From Chiloscyllium plagiosum (taxonomy: Eukaryota), in NCBI RefSeq assembly GCF_004010195.1, contig NW_025215380.1, positions 46,428 through 108,427 on the forward strand: a DNA stretch of 62,000 nt, read 5' to 3'. The notes beneath the pieces are model-generated. The model was not told the DNA's origin, did not search any database, and was given only the letters and a program-made list of their open reading frames with translations. The translations under genes and the position numbers were made by a program. Within the stretch, counting starts at the first letter, position 1, and the number at the start of each line of letters is the position of its first letter. Positions 53,301 to 62,000 of this stretch are shown here, piece by piece.

Positions 53301-54515
53301 CTTTACCTGCGAACATCTGCCCCCAATCAGCTTTTGAAAGTTCTTGCTTAATACTGTCCAGATTGGCCTCTCTCCAATTTAGAACTTCAACTTTTAGATC
53401 TGTTCTATCCTTTTCCATCACTATTTTAAAACTAATAGAATTATGGTCGCTGGCCCCAAAGTGCTCTCCCACTGACACCTCAGTCACCTGCCCTGCCTTA
53501 CTTCCCAAGAGTAGGTCAAGTTTTGCACCTTCTCTAGTAGGAACATCCACATACTGAATCAGAAAATTGTCTTGTACACACTTAACAAATTCCTCTCTAT
53601 CTTACCCCTTAACACTATGGCAGTCCCAGTCTATGTTTGGAAAGTTAAAATCCCCTACCATAACCCATCCATGTGACTGTATATGCGACTTTTTCCCCTT
53701 CCTATAATTGCCATCCATCACATCCTCTTGCTCTTGTAAATTCTTCATTGCCTCTAACTGTCTCTCCAACCAATCCATTCGATCTGATAGGATTCGCAAC
53801 CAACAGCATTTATTGCAGATATAATCCTCAGTAACCCGTAAACTCTCCCTAAACTACCACATCTGACACAAAGAACATATCACTCTACTCAAGGCCATAT
53901 TTGCTTCTATCAATCTACAGACCCAGAAAGTAGCACTCTACAAAACACTGCTCCAGGTTAAATTAAAGCTTATGGCTTATATTTTCACATCAATCCAGAG
54001 ACATATCTTAATAAAATACGTAATCAAGAAAGAACCCATTCGACTTACTATTGCAGACTTACTGTAAGGCCACATTTAAAATATCCACTTATCTGTTTCT
54101 GTGCTGTGACCTATCCCAAACAGGTTCCTCCAAGATTAGTTATGAATTTCACTGTTTGTTAATTTTCCCAGATGCACACCGATGTCCAGTGATACATGAA
54201 TTCAAACAGCACAGGCAGTAACTGTGCAGGTTCACTGCTCTGTCAGTTAGCAATGTTGGTTTTTCTCTCTCTCTCTCTGTCCTACGCTGACCTCACCATG
54301 TGCTTCCTTAGTCTGTTCCTCTCCCTTTTAAAAGTGCTGCTGTTTTGACTTTTTTTCTCCAAAGTTCCAAAACAATGCAACAGCATATAAAACAGTCATT
54401 GCTGCTCCTGGAATTTGAGGAAATCACCTCCAACACCTAAAATACCTCAAAAAAAGGAGCAGCCCTTACAGCCAGACATTTTTACAATCCTCCATCTTGG
54501 ATTACCCAGAATCCT
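50355..54515 (-). mobile_element. Rearranged CR1 LINE: 5' UTR, ORF1 N-terminus, duplicated EN-to-RT-start segment, inverted insert, ORF2 tail
   Basis: ORF1 MALSRVICSLCQMW*...DYICNKC from 53898. APE motifs GDFNFPNIDW, LDL, SDH. RT start NYRPVSLTSVVGKLLE, QHGF..GKSCLTN present twice. Multiple stops/frameshifts. Confidence 0.9.
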
Positions 54516-55100
54516 TGTATAGGACTTTGGTTCGGCCACATATGGAAGACTATATACAGTTCTGGTCACAACATATCAAAAGGATGTGGATGTTTTGGAA
54601 AGGGTGCAGAGTAGTTTCACCAGGATGTTGTCTGGTATGGATGGTGCTAGCTATGGGCAGAGGTTGTGTAGATTAGGATTGTTTTAATTAAAAAGACGGA
54701 GGTTTAGGAGGACCTTATTGCTATCTATAAAATCATGAGACAGGGTGGGTAGCAAGAAGCTTTTTCCCAGGGTGGGGGACTCAATTACTAGAGGTCACAA
54801 GTTCAAGGTGAGAGGGGAAAAGTTTAGGGGAGATATGTGTGGAAAGTTCAGAGGGTGGTAGGTACCTGGAATGCGTTGCCAGTAGAGGTGATAGAGGCAG
54901 GCATGATAGAGGTGATAGAGGCAGGCATGATAGAGGTGATAGAGGCAGGCATCGTTTAAGATGTATCTAGACAGATACATGAATGGGCAGGGAGCAGAGG
55001 GATAAAAGATCCTTAGAAAATAGGCAACAGCTTTAGAGAGAGGACCTGAATTGGCACAGGCTTTGAGGGCTGAAGGGCCTGTTCCTGTGCTGTAAATTTC
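54516..55100 (+). mobile_element. CR1 3' fragment, diverged, with internal short tandem triplication (about 54882-54953)
   Basis: LYRTLVRPH...ERVQSSFTRML similarity. tagaggtgatagaggcaggca repeated three times. Confidence 0.8.
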
Positions 55101-55149
55101 TTTGTTCTTTGTTTTTTGTTCATTCTCACCGACCAAGATATCTTCAATT

Positions 55150-55745
55150 AATAGAGTTTTGAGAAGGTTTGTAGCTCAGGTTTAGGTTTTGGATGTAGGT
55201 TTGCTCACTGAGGTTGAAGGCTCACTTCCAGAGGTTTCGTTACCCTACTAGGTAACATCTTCAGTGGGCCTCAGGCGAAGCACTGCTGAAAATTCCTGCT
55301 TTCTATTTATATGTTTGGGTTTCTTTAGGTTGGTGATGTCAGTTCCTGTGGTGATGTTCTTTCCTGTGATTACGTCACTTCCTGTTCCTTATCTCAGGAC
55401 ATGGTAGATGGGGTCTAACGCGATGTGTTTGTTGGTAGAGTTCCGGTTGGAATGTCATGCTTCTATGAATTCTCATACATGTCTCTGTTTGGCTTGTCCT
55501 AGGATGGATGTATTGTCCCAGTCGAAGTGGTGTCCTTCCTCATCTGTAAGTGAGAGAGGGTCATGTTGTGGCTAGTTGGTGTTCATGTATTCTGGTGGCT
55601 AGTTTTCTGCCTGTTTGTCCAATGTAGTGTTTGCCACAGTCATTGCACGGTATTTTGTAAATGACATTAGTTTTGCTTGTTGTCTGTTTCGGGACTTTCA
55701 AGTTCAATTAGTTGCTGTTTTAGTGTGTTGGTGGGTTTATGGGTT
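55150..55745 (-). mobile_element. Penelope-like element 3' fragment: GIY-YIG endonuclease remnant plus hammerhead
   Basis: Minus translation KTNVIYKIPCNDCGKHYIGQTGRKLATRIHEHQ (about 55575-55675). CCA CTGAAGA t GTTACC tagtag GGTAAC GAAA C CTC TGG at about 55228-55267. Confidence 0.88.
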
Positions 55746-55754
55746 AAAACGGGG

Positions 55755-55992
55755 TAAAAACAATGACTGCAGATGCTGGAAACCTGATTCTGGATTAGTG
55801 GTGCTGGAAGAGCACAGCAGTTCAGGCAGCATCCAAGGAGCTTCGAAATCGACGTTTTGGGCAAAAGCCCTTCATCAGGAATAAAGGCAGAGAGCCCCAC
55901 CCTCCTCTAGCTTATCTCTCCACGCTTCAGGCTCGCTGCCTTTATTCCTGATGAAGGGCTTTTGCTCAAAACGTCGATTTTACTGCTCCTCG
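55755..55992. mobile_element. Inverted pair of Penelope-like termini inserted in another PLE
   Basis: aaatcgacgttttgggcaaaagcccttcatcaggaataaaggcag is mirrored at 55937-55981. Confidence 0.8.
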
Positions 55993-56279
55993 GGTTTGTG
56001 GGTTACCACATTATTATTGTGGACTACCACAATTAAATTAATAGAACATAGAACAGAACAGCAAAGAAAAGGCCCTTCAGCCCACCACTTTACACCAAAT
56101 ATGACAGCAGATTAAACAAATCCCTTCTGCCTACCCTTGGTCCACATCCCCCTATTCCTTGCCATTAATAAGGTGCACAAACCTGTAGCTAGGACCTTGA
56201 GCCTCTCAACCACCTGCATTTCAGCACCATTGATAAAAGGAATGGAGTGGAGGACATGATCCTGTCTGAATTGATGGTG

Positions 56280-56882
56280 CTGCAGTGGAGGTAGTCGTGA
56301 GCATCATGTTCCTAAGAGTGAAGATCACCAACAATCTGTCCTGGTCCATCCACATTGATGCTACGGTCCAGAAAGGATACCAACATCTCTACTTCCTCAG
56401 AAGGCTAAAGAAATTTGGCGTGTCCACACTGACCATTGCCAATGTTTTTTATAGATCCACCGTAAAGAGCATCCTAACCGAATATGTCACAGCTTGGTTT
56501 GGCAACTGCTTTGCCCAAGACCATAAGGAATTACAGAGAGTTGTGAATGCAGCCCAGTCCATCACACAAGCCAGCCTTCCTTCCACTGATGACTCCTACA
56601 CTTCCCATTGCCTTGGGAAATCAGCCAACTCCTTCCACCCTCTCCCTTCAGGCAGAAGATACAAAAATTTGAAAACACTTACCAATGGATTCAAGAACAG
56701 CTTCTTTCAGACTTATGAGCAGACCTCTCAGAGATTAGAGTTCAGCTTTCTCTGCACCCTCTCTGCATTTTCTGCATTCTGTTCTATTATCTTGATGTAC
56801 TATTGTAAGGTATAACTTGTCTAGTTAGCACACAAAGCAATACTTTTCACTGTATCTCAGTACATGTGACAATAATAAATCC
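56280..56882 (+). mobile_element. Rex1/Babar-type LINE 3' fragment
   Basis: KGYQHLYFLRRLKKFG...YRSTVKSILT..VTAWFGNC...LQRVVNAAQSI, typical of the Rex1/Babar RT C-terminal region. aataaa end. Confidence 0.8.
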
Positions 56883-56939
56883 ATTTTACTCTGCCACATT
56901 TAGATGTACAGCAGTGGTCCAGGCACTGACATCTGGGGA

Positions 56940-57265
56940 ATCATAGAATTCCTACTGCCTGGAAAGAGGCCATTCAGCCCAACCTTTGAAGGAACATTCC
57001 ACCCAGACCCAAACCCCATCCTATCCCTGTAACCCCACATTCCCCATGGCTAATCCACCCAGTCTATACATCTCTGGATGGGGTAATTTTCCCTGGCCAA
57101 TCCACCCTAACCTGCACATCTTTGGACTGTGACAGCATCCGGAGGAAACCCACGCAGACACGGGGAGAATGTGCAAACTCCACACAGACAGTTGCCTGAG
57201 GCTGAAATCACACCTGGTTCCCTGGTGCTGTGAGGCAGCAGTGCTAACCACTAAGGCACCACTCT
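56940..57265 (-). mobile_element. HE1-like V-SINE
   Basis: tRNA head, V-domain and a two-unit version of the central repeat. Confidence 0.85.
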
Positions 57266-58979
57266 GCCCTCTGTTATCAGTCTCATCCATAAGTGCACTG
57301 CAGTCTCCAGTTCAGAGACTTGTAGGGGCCTCAGCTACAGTTCTGGGAGCAGACATCAGTGAGGATGTGAGTACTTTGGAGAGATATAGAAAGATGGAGA
57401 GAGAGAGAGAGAAAAACTGCAGTGCAGATTCAGAAGANNNNNNNNNNNNNNNNNNNNNNNNNNNNNNNNNNNNNNNNNNNNNNNNNNNNNNNNNNNNNNN
57501 NNNNNNNNNNNNNNNNNNNNNNNNNNNNNNNNNNNNNNNNNNNNNNNNNNNNNNNNNNNNNNNNNNNNNNNNNNNNNNNNNNNNNNNNNNNNNNNNNNNN
57601 NNNNNNNNNNNNNNNNNNNNNNNNNNNNNNNNNNNNNNNNNNNNNNNNNNNNNNNNNNNNNNNNNNNNNNNNNNNNNNNNNNNNNNNNNNNNNNNNNNNN
57701 NNNNNNNNNNNNNNNNNNNNNNNNNNNNNNNNNNNNNNNNNNNNNNNNNNNNNNNNNNNNNNNNNNNNNNNNNNNNNNNNNNNNNNNNNNNNNNNNNNNN
57801 NNNNNNNNNNNNNNNNNNNNNNNNNNNNNNNNNNNNNNNNNNNNNNNNNNNNNNNNNNNNNNNNNNNNNNNNNNNNNNNNNNNNNNNNNNNNNNNNNNNN
57901 NNNNNNNNNNNNNNNNNNNNNNNNNNNNNNNNNNNNNAGCCGAGGCGAAACTTCTTCAGCCACAGGGTTGTGGATCTGTGGGATTCCCTGCCCAGTGAAG
58001 TAGTTGAGGCTACTGCGCTGAAGGTTTTTAAGGCAAAGACAGATAGATTTTTGGAACAGTAAAGGAATTAAGTGTACTGGTGAACGAGTGCGTAAGCGGA
58101 GCTGAGGCCATGATCTTATTGAAAGGCTGTGGAAGCTCGATGGGCCTTTACCTTATGAATCCATTATCGATTGCCAGGAAAAACCCATCTGGTTCACTCA
58201 TGTCCCTTAGGGAGGGAAATCGGCCATCCTTACCTGGCCTGGCCTGCACGTGAGTCCAGGCCCACAGCAAAGTGCTTCACTCTTAACTGTTGACTCTGGG
58301 CAGTTAGTGCTGGGCTATAAATATTGGCCCAGCCAGTGTCGCTAACACCCCGTGAGTAAATGGTAAAAATGAATCCCTTCTGTCAGAGATTTGACTGAAT
58401 CTTTCACTTTGACTGAAGAGCTGAGAGGGCTGGTTGCTGTCGAGGGGGCTGTGTCGGTGTGGAGATTAAGTTTCACAGCTCCCTTCGAACAGCCCCAGTC
58501 AGCTCAGTCACCCTGCCATCTGTCTCCCTGAGTTCAGCAAGAGCCTTACCACCAGCTACAGAGAGCCATTTCCCTTTTAGCCATCAGTTGTCTGGAGGCA
58601 GCTGCAGTGTACAGCCTCACTAAGTGCTGGGACTTCACCAGGAAGTGTACCCGAAAAACATTCAAAGGTGCACAAGCCTTCGGTGGGACTTAAAGGTGTT
58701 GGGCGGAAAACTGTGTGTTCGTGTTGGCACACGGCCATGGCTGGGAAAGGTGCCAGTTTCGACAGAAACCCTTCCTTAAAAAAAAACACTTCATTCCGAT
58801 TTTGGGATGGGCAAGGACAGATAAAAGTCAGTTGACACACTGACAGCAGTTCTAACACCACACTGTCTGCAAAGCTAATGACAGGGTGATCCGCTCTACC
58901 TGCTGAAAAGGTGGAAGGGAGGAGGTAACACAGTCTGGCAATGTCCTTCCATCCCCCACCGCCCTGCTTGACCCAGGAC

Positions 58980-59163
58980 TGGGGGACACAGACGGCTAGA
59001 CTCTGTCCTTTCCCCCCCTCTCCCTCTGGGACTGGCTGGGACAGTGGGTCAGACACTGTCCTTTCCCCCCTCCCTCTGGGACTGGCTGGGGCAGTGGATC
59101 ACACACTGTCCTTTCCCCCCGCCCTCTGGGACTGGCTGGGACAGTGGGTCAGACACTGTCCTT
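58980..59163 (-). repeat. Short inverted outlier (about 4 units) of the 5165-9184 satellite
   Basis: ctctgggactggctgggacagtgggtcagacactgtcctttcc is the reverse complement of the consensus. Confidence 0.9.
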
Positions 59164-60394
59164 TAACCATTCCCCTGAGGGTACGTGTCGATCCACACTC
59201 TGAAACGATGTTGGGAAGGTGACCTTTCCTTTCGCTTGTGAAGATTTCAAAAAGCAAAGTTTGTTTGAGTTTTTTCGATCCAGTTTCTTTTGGGTGTGGA
59301 ACCACCCCAGTAAACAGACGTTATCTGGCACTGATTCAGTTTTTGGCTGATATTTTCATTCAGCGAGCCCACGGGTGCTGTGGGAGGGGAGACAGAGAAT
59401 ACTTCTCTATTTGTGGATCAGCAGGAAGTATTGAGCTGGATTGTTAGTGCAAAAGATGAACAGCGTAGTCACAGAGATATAAAGCATGGAAACAGACCCT
59501 TCAGTCCAACTCGTCTATGCTGGCCAGATATCTGAAATTAATTTGGTCCTGTTTGCCAGCACTTGGCCCATGACCCTCTGAACCCTTCCTATTGATGTAC
59601 CCATCCTGATGCCTTTTAAATAAGTCCAATGAGCAGTTTGAAGTTGTTTGCTCGTGTCTGGCTAATGCAAGATCTCTCTGCATAAACCTGACTCTGCCCC
59701 GTACCTTGCAACGGCATTGGCTCACTCAAATTAACAACAGACCGAGCATCAATCACCTCCTGTGGGACAGATTTCCAAACTTCCAGAGCAGTGTAAGCGT
59801 AGCCCCGTGGTGTCCAGGAATGTGCAGATGGGGTGGATTAACCATGAGAGATAAGAGGTAATGAGGTGGGATGCCCTTTGGAGGGTCAGTGCTGTATCGA
59901 TGAGCTGAACAGCTTCGGTCTGCACTATAGGGGTTCTATGATACCCAATGGCACTCCCGCTGTGACTGGCTCCAATCTCTACACAGAGAGTAGTAAGGGT
60001 ATGGAATGCTTTGCCTGCAACAGTCGTAGATTCGCCAAGTTTAAATGCATTTAAGTCGTCATTCGACAGGCATATGGACGTACATGGAATAGTGTAGGTA
60101 GGATGGGCTTCAGATTAGTATGACAGGGCAACATCGAGGGCTGAAGGGCCTGTACTGTGCTGTAATGTTCTATGTCTATATTGCTCCCTCCTCCCAGATA
60201 ACAGAAACACTGCAGTTTCGCACATCGATCTATCTTGATGCTTGGAAACTCTGGCCAGATCACCGCATTCACCTTCTCAGGATCACAGAATGTCCTTGCA
60301 TCATCGCCACCTCACTCTGAGATGTCCATGGTTCCACAGTCAATACCTCCACCTTCATGGTGGGTGATTTCAGTACTGTTTTGCTTAGTTTAGA

Positions 60395-60691
60395 TTATTA
60401 GATTCCCTACAGTGTGGAAACAGGCCCTTCGGCCCAACCAGTCCACACCGACCCACCGAAGAGTAACCCACCCAGACCTATATCTAATGCACCCTAACAC
60501 TGTGGGCAATTTAGCATGGGCAATTCACCTGACCTGCACATCTTTGTGACTGTGGAAACCGGAGCACCCGGAGGAAACGCATGCAAACACGAGGAGAATG
60601 TGCAAACTCCACACAGACAGTCACCCAAGAGTGAGATCGAATCTGGGCCCCTAGTGCTGTGAGACAGCAGTGCTAACCACTGTGCCGCCCC
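60395..60691 (-). mobile_element. HE1-like V-SINE
   Basis: Head ggcggcacagtggttagcactgctg, V-domain, and tail gggaatctaa. Confidence 0.85.
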
Positions 60692-61589
60692 TTAGTTGAA
60701 GGGCGAGGGTTAGGCTGAACCTGCCCAAACTGATGAAGCACTGTGCCCTCGCTTCATTCCCTCACTCTGACAAGCAACTCTTCAGCAAGGCACACCAATA
60801 ACTTTCAATCGCAAGGCCCAATGGACTTGCACAGAATTGTTACTGAAGGTGGTCATTCAGCCCATCACGCCTTCGCTGCTTCTATCACCTCGTGCCTTTT
60901 TCCCCCATATCCCTGCTCACCATTTCTATCCACATAATCCAATGACACCCCCCCCCACCCCGACTGGACCAGTCTCCACCATGTTTCCAGGCAGCTGGGA
61001 GCAATGGGTAATGTCTTGAGAAGTGAAGAGGTCACCAACATCTGACCTTGCCTCAGGGAAACCTGTTGAACAGCGGGGTAGACATGGGGCGAGAGCAGCA
61101 ATGGATTGGCTGAGGCACGGATGGCTCACTCAGCGCAGCACCTCAGCATCCAGTTTCAGGTCCTCCGTCACTCTGAGGGGGAGTTGAACTTCCAACCTTT
61201 GAGCAGAGAAGGACAGAGGGAGCCCTGACCTGGCACAGCTGCTCAGGCCAAGCCTCAAGAAAAAAAAACCCAGAAACCGCTGGAGAAACGTAACAGGTCT
61301 GGCAGGAAAGAGAGAAAGCAGAGTTAACATTTCAGGTCCCATGACCCTTCTTTCCTGGTATTTTGACCATGAGACAGAAGACATAGGAGCAGAAATTAGG
61401 CCGTTCAGCCCATCATGTCTGCTCCGCTATTCAATCATGGCTGATAAGGTTCTCAACCCCATTCTCCCGCTTTCTCCCTGTAACTCTTGATCCTCTTGAT
61501 ACCCAAGAACCTATCTATCTCCATCTTAAATACATTCATGAGCTGGCCTTCACAGCCTTCCTTGGCAATGAATTCCATAGATTCACCAC

Positions 61590-62000
61590 AGAGTCACAGA
61601 GAGGTACAGCATGGAAACAGACCCTTCAGTCCAACCCGTCCATGCCGAACAGATATCCCAACCAAATCTAGTCCCACCCGCCAGCACCCGGCCCATATCC
61701 CTCCAAACCCTTCCTATTCACGTACCCATCCAAATGCCTCTTAAATGTTGTAATTGTACCAGCCTCCACCACTTCCTCTGGCAGCTCATTCCATACACGT
61801 ACCACCCGCTGGGTGAAAAAGTTTCCCCTTAGGTCTCTTTTACATCTTTCCCCTCTCACCCTAAACCTATGCCCCTCTAGTTCTGGACTCCACCACCCCA
61901 GGAAAAAGACTCTGTCTATTTACCCTATCCATGCCCCTCATAAATTTGTAAACCTCTATAAGGTCACCCCTCAGCCTCCGACGCTCCAGGGAAAACAGCC
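61590..62000 (-). mobile_element. CR1 (HER1-like) 3' fragment running off the window
   Basis: RGDLIEVYKF...GNFFTQRVVRVWNELP plus 3' UTR. Confidence 0.9.

Noticed and set aside
50355..54515. Intact autonomous CR1
   Set aside because: Stops, frameshifts, and missing RT catalytic core and EN N-terminus.

Overview
Vertebrate genomic DNA, probably from a shark (inferred from HE1-like V-SINEs and HER1-like CR1 LINE tails). It is a scaffold with six N-gaps. The main gene is cytosolic valyl-tRNA synthetase (VARS1) on the minus strand. I traced 16 coding exons from an ATG at 44373 down to 15392. All have GT-AG boundaries and consistent phases, giving 2159 nt (719 codons + 2 nt): a GST-like N-terminal domain, the HLGH class I motif and the CP1 editing region. 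The 3' half of the gene is not visible, most likely lost at the 500-N gap at 9185-9684. A CpG-rich region at about 48100-49870 looks like its promoter and may be bidirectional. The rest is mostly repeats: CR1 LINE fragments (including rearranged copies), Rex1/Babar and L2/CR1-like fragments, two tRNA-derived SINE families, a solo LTR with a CATG TSD, and three large tandem arrays (about 48 bp, 53 bp and 22 bp units). The most notable non-obvious signal is about 15 minimal hammerhead-ribozyme motifs carried by Penelope-like element ends. Many sit in short head-to-head inverted pairs inside VARS1 introns. The class is known, so no wholly new system is established here. Nearly all long ORFs in the supplied track are repeat or gap artefacts.
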